Positions 9,984-18,780 of a stretch of 39,765 nucleotides of DNA are shown here, piece after piece. The notes beneath the pieces are model-generated. The model searched no databases. It was given only the letters and a program-made list of their open reading frames with translations, and was not told where the DNA came from. The DNA is from a virus (taxonomy: Duplodnaviria; Caudoviricetes), in the IMG/VR virus record IMGVR_UViG_3300048629_000064, positions 1 through 39,765 of that record. One strand, 5' to 3'. Made by a program: the position numbers and the translations under genes. The first letter of the stretch is position 1. Every line of letters starts with the position of its first letter.

Positions 9984-10450
9984 TATTGCCTCTTCAGTGG
10001 AATTATACGGGTTGAACCATTACCACGACACAAACCATACTGGGATAACAATGAAGACACCATTGTGTTAACCAGGGGATTAAAAGAACCACCTGCCTCA
10101 TACCATTCCAGATCTCCCTGTGCCTTGAGGGACTTCAGTTGTCCTTTACTCATGGAAGTCTGGGCAGTAGACCCTGTGCTTGACACCATAAAAGCAATCT
10201 CACATTGAGCATCTTTGATATCTTGTGGGACTGGGTCAGCATCCGGCTTCCGAGGGAATGCCAGGTCCTGGTTAGGATCTGATTTAGACCCTGTCCAGGA
10301 GCACTGCATATCAAGTGCACGAGCAGCAGAGATAAGAGCACCATCTTTATTGGCCTCATTAGCCCATGCTTCAAAACCATAACCGGCAGCCATGTAAGCA
10401 TCTGCCTCGGCAACAGTTACATAAGAGTTAGTACCTACAATAGCCGGCAT
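9983..10450 (-). CDS. Head-tail adaptor (DnaT-like ssDNA-binding family)
   Basis: NSYVTVAEADAY, QDLAFPR and VPQDIKDAQCEIA motifs. Confidence 0.8.
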   Translation of the reverse strand: MPAIVGTNSYVTVAEADAYMAAGYGFEAWANEANKDGALISAARALDMQCSWTGSKSDPNQDLAFPRKPDADPVPQDIKDAQCEIAFMVSSTGSTAQTSMSKGQLKSLKAQGDLEWYEAGGSFNPLVNTMVSSLLSQYGLCRGNGSTRIIPLKRQ

Positions 10451-10452
10451 GT

Positions 10453-10779
10453 TTAGTCCTCGATGTTCTCAGCTTCCTCAACATCTTCCAGAAAGTCAGC
10501 ATATTCATTTTCAGTCAGAAATCGCTCACCTTCACGATTGCGATGGGATTCAACAGTATTCTCATCAACCATTCCTACGTAGTATCCGTCATCATTAAGC
10601 ACTACCAGGGTCCCGAAAACATCCATGGTGGAGCCCATTGAGGTATCTATAGGGTATGTCCAGAACATCGGGACCACACACTGGGGCCCGGGATTATCAC
10701 CATTACAGTTTTCCTTGAGAGTGATAATCTCTTCCTTGAGATCGGCAATCACTCCATTCAGTTCATCTTTTGTAGGCAT
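10453..10779 (-). CDS. Hypothetical acidic protein in the head/neck region
   Basis: 108 aa with an AGGAG RBS; co-oriented with flanking genes. Confidence 0.65.
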   Translation of the reverse strand: MPTKDELNGVIADLKEEIITLKENCNGDNPGPQCVVPMFWTYPIDTSMGSTMDVFGTLVVLNDDGYYVGMVDENTVESHRNREGERFLTENEYADFLEDVEEAENIED

Positions 10780-10802
10780 TATGTATTACTCCTGTTTAGA
10801 AT

Positions 10803-10853
10803 AAAAAAATGTATCCACTGCCCCGCATGAGAGGAAAGAAGACAGTGGATACA
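10803..10853 (-). terminator. Intrinsic terminator after the major capsid gene
   Basis: Minus-strand stem TGTATCCACTGTC/GGCAGTGGATACA followed by a T run. Confidence 0.75.
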
Positions 10854-10876
10854 CCACACCGTGAGGGAGTGTGTAA

Positions 10877-11803
10877 CTATGCAGGCATGTCCGTTACACG
10901 GGCAATACCGAGCTTATTGAAAGATGCAAAGTTGGAGTAGGATTTAACCCGGTAGATCTCCTGATCCTTCGTCTCCATCTGACCAATAGGACTGACAGTG
11001 ATACCAGCCGGAGTCGCCTCAGGATGAATCATGGATACACCAACTTTCCGGGTACCGTCGTCAAAGTTACCACCATAGATACTGGACAGAGCCCCACCAG
11101 TCAGGGCACCACCAGCAGCAGTCTCAGTAATAGACAGCCAGTTGTTGGTAAAGACCGGGATACCGTTAAACTCCATAACTTTGAAGGTACGACCACCAGA
11201 CTTGACTTCCATCATTGGGACACCTCCGAGTTTCCGGTATGCAGTCCGAATCTTAAGAGCATCCCGTCCATGAACCATAATCCAGTCAACCAGACCGTCC
11301 TTGGAGAGGATCTTCTGGGTAAGAGCGTCCATGTAGTCAAAGATGTCACCACTACCACCTGTCACGTACTGACCAGAGTCAATCATGGAATGCAGGGAGT
11401 TCATGTGGGGGTCTGTACCATCGCCTGTAGCCATACCCTGCTGCAGTTTACGACCGACAGACTTGGATTTGCTGGCAACTTCCATGGACATCAGATCATT
11501 AATATCAGATTTGGACTCAGCAACCTGCAGACCGTCGAGCTCAGCGTCACCAATACAACGAGTGGACCTGAACAGCAGAGGAGTAACGGCAGACGGGGCT
11601 TTTGCAGCAATGGTATCCCCAAGGCCGTAGAAATCAGCATCGCCCAGAGTCTTCTCCTTATTCACCGTAATACCGGAACCAGCATAACCTTCCCAGGGCA
11701 TCAGCAACCATATGGGGTTAGTGGTCAGGATTTCTTCAGCTACACCAGCAATCAGTTCGTCACGTGTTCGTTTAATAAACTCGGCAAGAGTCATAGCGCC
11801 CAT
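10877..11803 (-). CDS. Major capsid protein (HK97 fold)
   Basis: 308 aa after the scaffold gene, strong AAGGAG RBS, FNGIPVF motif and downstream terminator. Confidence 0.85.
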   Translation of the reverse strand: MGAMTLAEFIKRTRDELIAGVAEEILTTNPIWLLMPWEGYAGSGITVNKEKTLGDADFYGLGDTIAAKAPSAVTPLLFRSTRCIGDAELDGLQVAESKSDINDLMSMEVASKSKSVGRKLQQGMATGDGTDPHMNSLHSMIDSGQYVTGGSGDIFDYMDALTQKILSKDGLVDWIMVHGRDALKIRTAYRKLGGVPMMEVKSGGRTFKVMEFNGIPVFTNNWLSITETAAGGALTGGALSSIYGGNFDDGTRKVGVSMIHPEATPAGITVSPIGQMETKDQEIYRVKSYSNFASFNKLGIARVTDMPA

Positions 11804-11824
11804 AATATATCTCCTTAAAATGAT

Positions 11825-11942
11825 AAAAAAAACGGCATATCCCCATTGTCTGAGAATATGCCGTATCTACGGAACGGGAGCAACCTTCTGGTCTGCCCTC
11901 ATATTTGGGTTATCATTCACTGCTTCTGCAGTAAATGATAAC
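11825..11942 (-). promoter_or_regulatory. Structured capsid-gene leader: three AGAW-loop hairpins plus an intrinsic terminator
   Basis: Hairpins at 11909-11942 (15 bp, loop AGAA), 11878-11898 (loop AGAA) and 11861-11872 (loop AGAT). A 14-bp terminator stem at 11832-11864 is followed by a T run. Confidence 0.7.
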
Positions 11943-11961
11943 TATTTTTAAATTCATGAAT

Positions 11962-11990
11962 ATATTATCATGGCAAAATAATAATTGCAA
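11962..11990 (-). promoter_or_regulatory. Sigma70-like promoter upstream of the capsid leader
   Basis: TTGCAA-17 bp-TAATAT with a TGn extension. Confidence 0.5.
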
Positions 11991-12011
11991 CGAAAAACAT
12001 TCTCAATTAAA

Positions 12012-12713
12012 TCATGCTCTTAACTTAGCAAGCCCACTGCTGATCTTTTCTCCAGATGTCTTCTCCGTGGGTAGTCCGCCACCTGAGCCTGATCCCTGGG
12101 ATCCTGATCCACCAGCCCCAGATCCTTTCCAGATTGACTCTTTATCCGGATGGGCATTAATGAGAATCTCCAAGGCCTCGTCAAATGGTGCCGGATCTCC
12201 GGGATTGGATATGGACAGTATAGGATTACCATTATCATATGTTGCCGAACCGTCAGATTTAAAGTTACCACCAAACGTGAGAGCAGCAATCTTAGGTGTC
12301 AGGAGAGTTTTCTTTACTACACCGGACAACGCAAACTTGCTTGTAACCTTCTCCTTGTACAGATCGGCCTTGAGCTCACCCTTACGTTTCTCCCAGCCCT
12401 GTTCTTTCTCCTCCCATACCCCATTGATGTTTTTCTTAAGTTCCTCCAGATCGACCTTATGCTTATCATCCATCGAGTCAACAGTAGCAAGTGCAGTACG
12501 GGCTTTCTCATGATCCAAGTCACCAAAGACCTCAAGTGCCTTTTTCCGATCAACTGCTTTTTTCCTGTATCCTGCAGCCTCGGCACTAAGATCAGTTATT
12601 TTCTTCGTTGCACCAATGGCATCTACAGCATGCTCTTTGCCGTCGTCATCTATTATGGTGGGCTTGCCATCAGTTATCTTAATGTTACCATTCTCAGTCA
12701 ATGCGTACTTCAT
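12012..12713 (-). CDS. Capsid scaffolding protein (DUF6651-like)
   Basis: Coiled-coil N-half, PGDPAPFDEALEILI motif and Gly/Ser C-terminal tail; precedes the capsid gene. Confidence 0.75.
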   Translation of the reverse strand: MKYALTENGNIKITDGKPTIIDDDGKEHAVDAIGATKKITDLSAEAAGYRKKAVDRKKALEVFGDLDHEKARTALATVDSMDDKHKVDLEELKKNINGVWEEKEQGWEKRKGELKADLYKEKVTSKFALSGVVKKTLLTPKIAALTFGGNFKSDGSATYDNGNPILSISNPGDPAPFDEALEILINAHPDKESIWKGSGAGGSGSQGSGSGGGLPTEKTSGEKISSGLAKLRA

Positions 12714-12931
12714 TAGAATACCCCTTTAGGATCTTTTCGTTCTTTAAGGACATAATTGCCCCTCATGCTGTCCATGCGCTGAAACAATACTGCAGCCACA
12801 GGACCCTCATAGATTTCTACTCGAATACTTTTTGCTTTCGCAAAATCACTTCTCGCCTGTGAATTGCCTCCCTCAATCGTCTGGTTATCATTTATGGTAA
12901 ACTCCCCTTTACCTAAAATTGCTTTTATCAT
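12713..12931 (-). CDS. Small hypothetical protein; candidate immunity partner of the MuF peptidase
   Basis: 72 aa, coupled to the MuF stop by an ATGA overlap. Confidence 0.55.
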   Translation of the reverse strand: MIKAILGKGEFTINDNQTIEGGNSQARSDFAKAKSIRVEIYEGPVAAVLFQRMDSMRGNYVLKERKDPKGVF

Positions 12932-14775
12932 ACGTCACCCCACATTATCTTAACTATAAATTCAAAATACTCGGGATCATCCTTGTAGAAGCCATCTGCA
13001 TCTTTAGACATTCTCTCCAGGCCCATGGAGATTATTTCTGTTGGGTCGGATTTATACGGATAGAACCTGCCACAGTATGGCTCAAAAAACTTATCTGGTT
13101 TACCCTTCTCACCCAGGGAATTTATCGCTTGAAGTTTCTCACCCTTAGTCCTCATCTTACGAAACTCGAGAGCAGCCTCATGAGCACCAGGAAAGTTAAA
13201 CTCGACTGCATGTCCATACTCATGATAGAACACATCTTGATCATAGTATGAGCCTACCCGGAAACCATGTATTTTACCCTTAACAGGCGACTGATAATCA
13301 CCACGTACCCCTTTCTCATATGCAACACGGAGTTTAGGAATCTTGGCAACTACATCAGGATGCAGCATGTCCTCGACACCCGACATGGTTTTACTCATGA
13401 CAGTATCCTGCATTGACTTAGTAGTCCCATAGATGTCATATTTAATCTTGTCGCTTTTTGGGGGTCGGATGATATCCATTATGGATCTTTCAGAGTCCCC
13501 ACGTAGGAACTTCTTAATCTTATCCATGGACGGGGCCTTTCCTGTAGGTACCCTCTTCTTAGGAACCTTCTTAGGAACCTTCTTAGGAACCTTCTTAGGA
13601 ACCTTGGGTATAGATGGTTTCTTCTTTTTAGCAATCTTTGCAAGTAGTTCATCTATAGTATATAGTCTGCCTGTTTTCCGGTTTACCAGACCCTTAAAAC
13701 TGATGTCCTTATCCCTTACCATGTCAGCCCTATGTGGACCTATGGCATTATCCTGAAAAGTCTTTCCTCTTGTCCACCACCAATCTGCAAAATTCTTATC
13801 GGAGGTACCCCGTAACAGTAATGCTTTGAGATCCCCGCTATTACTCCCGAGACGATTTATCTTCCTTGTTACCTGGTCCCGATCATACCATTTTTCATAT
13901 TCCTCCTCCATCTCTGGTATGCTACCCATTAATTTGTCGCCTTTAAATAGCTTCTCCCATGTCTCTGTAATAGGCAGATACATACACCTACAACGTGGAT
14001 GGAGTGGACACTCTGGGCCGGCAGACACGGTCTTATATGTATTACCATCGAGAGCCATACACCTGGGGCATGTACCCCGACCTGTAGAGGCATTCCCATT
14101 CTCCATAATGGCTGACCACTCGACCCTTTTCAGAACGTCTGCATTAGCCTCATAGATATCCCTGTGGGCTTTTGCATTCATAGATTGAATATATGACTTG
14201 ACCACAGTTTCAAGGGTACCTTCAATCGAGTCTTTAGCCAACACATCGTCAAACCTGTCTCCGAGCTCAGACATAAGTTTCTTATACCCGACACCCCGAA
14301 CACGGGCAGCATTGATCTCTTTTCTAAGATTATCGTGTTTACTAGATAGGGCTGACCACAGCCAATCTTTAAACATGAATCCCCCGAGCTTTTTACCAGC
14401 CACCATATTGGATATTTGATTTCTCGACATACTCACATATTTAAAATCCTTAACCTTACCATCCCATGACAGGATAGCATTGGTGTTCTTATATGAATAT
14501 CTTGCTGCATCGACAATCGGATCTATTGCCCTATTAGTCAGTTTATCTGTTAAGGCAGTTATAAGGACCCAGGTTTCGTCGTCAATCAGTTTCAGCCTAG
14601 TAATGGTCGGGCCATACCGTTTTTTCTTTATAGCCTTCCTGAGCTCACTCTGTGTCTGCTTACGAGCTCGGTTATAATAGCTCAATAGATCCTTAAGGGC
14701 AGCATCTTCATACCTATCAATCCCAAACCTTTGCAGTATGTATCGATAGGTAATTATCGTCTGTTCCTTATTCAT
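12928..14775 (-). CDS. MuF (SPP1 gp7-like) head morphogenesis protein fused to a C-terminal HExxH metallopeptidase-like domain
   Basis: TCPRCMALDG and PLHPRCRC MuF motifs, a KKVP linker, HEYGH and a downstream TEIISMGLE. Start placed at the ATG at 14775, which overlaps the portal end. Confidence 0.85.
   Translation of the reverse strand: MNKEQTIITYRYILQRFGIDRYEDAALKDLLSYYNRARKQTQSELRKAIKKKRYGPTITRLKLIDDETWVLITALTDKLTNRAIDPIVDAARYSYKNTNAILSWDGKVKDFKYVSMSRNQISNMVAGKKLGGFMFKDWLWSALSSKHDNLRKEINAARVRGVGYKKLMSELGDRFDDVLAKDSIEGTLETVVKSYIQSMNAKAHRDIYEANADVLKRVEWSAIMENGNASTGRGTCPRCMALDGNTYKTVSAGPECPLHPRCRCMYLPITETWEKLFKGDKLMGSIPEMEEEYEKWYDRDQVTRKINRLGSNSGDLKALLLRGTSDKNFADWWWTRGKTFQDNAIGPHRADMVRDKDISFKGLVNRKTGRLYTIDELLAKIAKKKKPSIPKVPKKVPKKVPKKVPKKRVPTGKAPSMDKIKKFLRGDSERSIMDIIRPPKSDKIKYDIYGTTKSMQDTVMSKTMSGVEDMLHPDVVAKIPKLRVAYEKGVRGDYQSPVKGKIHGFRVGSYYDQDVFYHEYGHAVEFNFPGAHEAALEFRKMRTKGEKLQAINSLGEKGKPDKFFEPYCGRFYPYKSDPTEIISMGLERMSKDADGFYKDDPEYFEFIVKIMWGDV
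13555..13602. repeat. 12-bp tandem repeat x4 encoding a KKVP-type linker
   Basis: (cttcttaggaac)4, perfect copies. Confidence 0.95.
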
Positions 14776-16273
14776 CCTTATTATCCTTATTATCTTTGTT
14801 GTCTTTGTTGTCATCTCCGAATGAACTACCTGCAAGTTTCATCATGTCTGCTGCCTCCTGTTTCTCCTTCTCCATATCTGCCTCCATATCATCCCACTCG
14901 AGTTGATCCGCGAATACGCCCCGACGTTTCAGCTCAGAGAAGCATGCCTGAGTGGATATAATACCCTGCTCCTGGGATTTCAATATGGCAATTACTTCTT
15001 CATTGTTAGCCACACCGAGATTAAATTCCTTATTCACAGAAGCAGATTTCTCCAGGATCTCCTGTCCAGCGAATTGACCCAATGTGGTGAGTGCGGCATT
15101 CAGCACGTCCTCAAAGTCAGTTGCCCATGATGATAGTGAGCTATTGGATTCACTGGATGTAAGGGCCTTCTCTGTTGCAGTCTGGTTGCCTGTTCGGGGT
15201 ATCAATTGCTGCAGACCATACATAGCCATCTTCTCTTCAAGTGTTTTGATATCATCAGCACCTACATTAATAGATGCACCTGTTATCTCGACAAACTTCA
15301 TATCAGAGCCATCTTCATCACTCGTAACCATGGAGGCAGTACCACTTACCATCTCATCAAGATCAATATGACGACCAAACATCTGAGGCACCCTACCAAC
15401 ATGGAGAATATTTGTCTGATCAGATGAGGATCTCCAATGTGCAGCATTTAATTCAGCCAGATCCATAAGGGGTGTCTCCCCGGTCATGACTGTAGTCTCC
15501 TCTCCAGGTATGAAAACAAACAGGGGAATGATATCCACTGAGAAGTCCCCGCTATCAGTCAGGGTAAATTCACCGTCAGATCCCTGGGAATACACCTCCC
15601 ATTCACCTGGATACAATACACGTATCTGCCTTGTATATTTTGTGCCGAACTTACCACTATCCTCATGTTTCAGTTCGGATATCCTTACCTGTGTAAGGGT
15701 ATTGTCTGTATCTGTTCTCCACCCGATAACGTCTTCGGGCTTTACCTCTTTAAAATATGGTCGAATACCCCGTTCTGCTTCGCCTTTACGAGATAGAACC
15801 TCACCCTTAGTAGGTGGTGCATCCACAAGAATCAGAGATACACCTTTGGCAATTCCATTAAAGAATATACGTTTTGCAAAGATATTGAGATTATTACCCG
15901 ACCTGTCAATGTCCATGAGCAGAGTCTCCATGGAGTCAGGAAACCCATCTTCAAATGAGATATCCCGTTGAAATACCTGCCCAGACAGAAATGAGCATGT
16001 TTTCCGGTATGCATTCAATACGGTGGATTGCTGTACTCGATTATTATAAGCAGTAGCAGACTCGAGCTCATTCTTCGGCAGAAATGATATGCCTGCCCTG
16101 CGCATACCTCGTGTACCCTGCAGCAATGTACGGGGCAGCATACTCTCCACCATCCACAGTTTATATGCATAGATTAGTGCTGCCACGTCATCTATATCAC
16201 CATCAGAGTCCGGGATTTCAGACAATATGGGCATTCCTACTACATCATTTACTACAGATTCTGCTGGGTTCAT
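14768..16273 (-). CDS. Portal protein (DUF4055-like)
   Basis: 501 aa after terL, with PLMDLAELNAAHWRSSSDQTNILHVGRVP; C-terminal (DNK)4 repeat. Confidence 0.9.
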   Translation of the reverse strand: MNPAESVVNDVVGMPILSEIPDSDGDIDDVAALIYAYKLWMVESMLPRTLLQGTRGMRRAGISFLPKNELESATAYNNRVQQSTVLNAYRKTCSFLSGQVFQRDISFEDGFPDSMETLLMDIDRSGNNLNIFAKRIFFNGIAKGVSLILVDAPPTKGEVLSRKGEAERGIRPYFKEVKPEDVIGWRTDTDNTLTQVRISELKHEDSGKFGTKYTRQIRVLYPGEWEVYSQGSDGEFTLTDSGDFSVDIIPLFVFIPGEETTVMTGETPLMDLAELNAAHWRSSSDQTNILHVGRVPQMFGRHIDLDEMVSGTASMVTSDEDGSDMKFVEITGASINVGADDIKTLEEKMAMYGLQQLIPRTGNQTATEKALTSSESNSSLSSWATDFEDVLNAALTTLGQFAGQEILEKSASVNKEFNLGVANNEEVIAILKSQEQGIISTQACFSELKRRGVFADQLEWDDMEADMEKEKQEAADMMKLAGSSFGDDNKDNKDNKDNKDE

Positions 16274-17583
16274 ACTCGTAACTCCCTTCTAGTAGTTGTA
16301 ACTTTCTTAATTGGGTGCAGGAATGCGGGTGGATATGTCCCTGCATCTGTAATATCATCCTCCCCAGTACCTTTCTCCGGCAATCCGTTATTGTCATAGA
16401 TCTGGTGTACCAATGAGGATGAAAACTTAGGGCATTTCTGTTTATTCACGAATAGGCGTCTCTCGCTTTTTCCATTATGAAATAGTCGATTTGTAGCCAT
16501 TACCCGGTCTTTAATATTGGGATTCTTTTTGTTAACTTTTACTATATAGCCTGCCTGTTTGAGCAATGCAATATCTGATGTAGTGGCATTGACTGACTTC
16601 CTGGACTTGCCAGAAGCATCAGGAATTACTGTTATGTGGTGTTCAGGATACCGCTCTTCCAATACACGAATGGTATCCGGGGTGTCATATGAATTGAACA
16701 CCTCATCTACAGCATGCAACTCATGCCCATCTACACGAGGGACATATATCACAGCACAGCCCCTGCCTACATTGAAGTCCATCCCCACGATGAGTGGCTC
16801 TTTCTCCTCTACATATTCTTCCGACATATTAAGGTTCTCGTCGTATTCATTCCATACAGGCCTGTTAACCAGGTTGACAAATATACCCATGATATATGCC
16901 TTAATCAATTGTGCCGGGTAATTTGCCATGAGCTCCTGAATATATCCACTGGGCAGATTATGCAGATTTGAATATGTAGACATCTGGATGAGATGAGATC
17001 CTGGTATGGGGTCCCCTTGAAATAGATTATACGTGGTCTTGAATCCCTCAGGTGTGGTGGATACATACGTCTGGTTCCTTTTTGCTATCCATTCCTCCTT
17101 TGGGGCCCCACCCGAGAATTTCTTTTTAATTTTTCCTTTCTTTGTTATCTTTGTAATTTTCTGCCTGCAACGTGCCTTTGTTTTACGCCACACCTCAAGA
17201 GCCTTCTCCTCATTCACCACGTCGAGCTCATCTAGGAAAGCATCCAATACCTCAAACCCGATTATCCGACTCGGGTACTCCATGGTTCTGCAGTATATAT
17301 TACCAAGCCCCTCAACATCTACGATATGGTCTTGCTTATTTATCCGATACCCAATCTTCAACTCCTCAAGGTATTCCTCTATCTTGGGATACCAGATATC
17401 CTTTATCAAGGGATATGTGGGTGCAAGGTATAATTGATTACACCCCGGGAATTGCCTCATAGTAGTGATACATCGGATCTTGGCTATGTCCGTCTTACCA
17501 GAACCAAAGCCTGCTACCACTGCCACTGATGTGCTCTTTGAGGCGAAGAATTCCGTCTGGGGTACGCTTAACTCTATTTTCAT
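16270..17583 (-). CDS. terL: Terminase large subunit
   Basis: Walker A AGFGSGKT, Walker B AFLDE, STTPEG, nuclease motifs GMDFN and DDITDA. Confidence 0.95.
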   Translation of the reverse strand: MKIELSVPQTEFFASKSTSVAVVAGFGSGKTDIAKIRCITTMRQFPGCNQLYLAPTYPLIKDIWYPKIEEYLEELKIGYRINKQDHIVDVEGLGNIYCRTMEYPSRIIGFEVLDAFLDELDVVNEEKALEVWRKTKARCRQKITKITKKGKIKKKFSGGAPKEEWIAKRNQTYVSTTPEGFKTTYNLFQGDPIPGSHLIQMSTYSNLHNLPSGYIQELMANYPAQLIKAYIMGIFVNLVNRPVWNEYDENLNMSEEYVEEKEPLIVGMDFNVGRGCAVIYVPRVDGHELHAVDEVFNSYDTPDTIRVLEERYPEHHITVIPDASGKSRKSVNATTSDIALLKQAGYIVKVNKKNPNIKDRVMATNRLFHNGKSERRLFVNKQKCPKFSSSLVHQIYDNNGLPEKGTGEDDITDAGTYPPAFLHPIKKVTTTRRELRV

Positions 17584-17744
17584 TTTGTCATGTTACCAAT
17601 ACGTTTTTCCTGTTTCCGCTCACATTTTTTACAGATGGGAGATTGGAACTCAGTTGAGTATATTTCCTTTCTGGTAAATTTTCGTATTGCTTTATGTTTA
17701 CCACATTTTTTGCAAAAAACACGGCAATTTTTCCCAAACGACAT
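17580..17744 (-). CDS. 54-aa CxxC...CxxC zinc-finger protein (not in ORF track)
   Basis: MSFGKNCRVFCKKCGKHK...PICKKCERKQEKRIGNMTK*; its stop overlaps the terL ATG (ATGA). Confidence 0.65.
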   Translation of the reverse strand: MSFGKNCRVFCKKCGKHKAIRKFTRKEIYSTEFQSPICKKCERKQEKRIGNMTK

Positions 17745-17753
17745 AATGACACC

Positions 17754-17870
17754 TTAGGTTGAATTTTTATTTGTTATGCATATGGATAGATACATGGTGG
17801 CAATACACACCAATAGAGGCATGATTACGGCCCATGAAGGTATTAATACGTCCAATGGGTAGACGGTCAT
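17754..17870 (-). CDS. 38-aa single-TM peptide (not in ORF track)
   Basis: MTVYPLDVLIPSWAVIMPLLVCIATMYLSICITNKNST*; ATGA overlap with the upstream gene. Confidence 0.5.
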   Translation of the reverse strand: MTVYPLDVLIPSWAVIMPLLVCIATMYLSICITNKNST

Positions 17871-18388
17871 TCGGTATTATCCACGTCACGTCGCATATTT
17901 TCGGCTGTTCTGTCCACGGTCATGATGGTAACCTTGAAATCTTTCTTTTTCTTTTTACGTTTTGGCTTAGCATCATTGCTCGCCTTAACCAGTGAAGCCA
18001 TTCTGCCGAGCAGTGCTACGTATTCACGATCGTCATTATTCATGCTTAATCTATTAGCCATAAACTTGGCATGATTCAGAACGTCATCGAGTGACATCTT
18101 ACTAGCGGCAACCCACAGTTCCACTTCGTCGTCATCTAATTTCGTTCTGAATGGCTCTGGGATTAACTTCCGTAATTTATCGAGCCTCTTTGTCTTACCA
18201 CGGGCGATCTCGTCATCTCGGGCATACTGCTCCCGTTTCATTGCTACCCATCTATGCATCTCCTTTTCCCGACGCTTATTATACTTCGATGGTTTTTCAT
18301 TTCTTTTCCTCTGCCGGAACTCGAATCTATCCGGATCTCCTCGACGTATTATGAAGCCATTGGTTGACACAATCTTGCTCCTTTCCAT
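17867..18388 (-). CDS. Putative terminase small subunit
   Basis: 173 aa, basic and helical with a C-terminal beta strand, upstream of terL; positional call only. Confidence 0.45.
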   Translation of the reverse strand: MERSKIVSTNGFIIRRGDPDRFEFRQRKRNEKPSKYNKRREKEMHRWVAMKREQYARDDEIARGKTKRLDKLRKLIPEPFRTKLDDDEVELWVAASKMSLDDVLNHAKFMANRLSMNNDDREYVALLGRMASLVKASNDAKPKRKKKKKDFKVTIMTVDRTAENMRRDVDNTE

Positions 18389-18744
18389 AAGTAATTGAAT
18401 TTATTATCTAACCACCAGAGTTAAACGTAGTTTTAAACCTTGTGTTTCGTTATGTATACCCTTAAACATTTATTATTATTATATTAAACATATTTAACAC
18501 AATTTACACAATAAATATATATATCATTATGCACGCTGGCATCATACACATACACATGGGACTGAAACAACCCACCAATTGTGTGTTTCCCTCGTCCTTC
18601 TCAATAAGATCGTATACTTACCGGGACGCATTTGTTTTCTTTGAAACAACTTTGTGTATCTTTGTGTACCCCAGTTTCAAAGAAAGCATACTAAACACCA
18701 AAAACCCTCTCTTTTGATAATCATTATTACAGTAAATGAAAAAT

Positions 18745-18766
18745 AACCCTCTCAATTGGGAGGGTT
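18745..18766. terminator. Hairpin downstream of the primase gene, possibly bidirectional
   Basis: AACCCTCTC-AATT-GGGAGGGTT flanked by A and T runs. Confidence 0.5.
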
Positions 18767-18780
18767 TTTCCCTCAGAATT

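Noticed and set aside
11024-11818. 264-aa plus-strand ORF antisense to the capsid gene
   Set aside because: Shadow of a codon-biased gene; no RBS or recognisable motifs.
13555-13602. Tandem repeats (also 14768-14812 and 25153-25200) as a possible CRISPR array or contingency locus
   Set aside because: No spacers; units are multiples of 3 and encode low-complexity linkers.
14776-14835. ORF-track extended starts (also 23943, 27670, 29851, 35051, 36276, 36551)
   Set aside because: Downstream ATGs have an RBS or stop-start coupling; the extensions overlap upstream genes or promoters.
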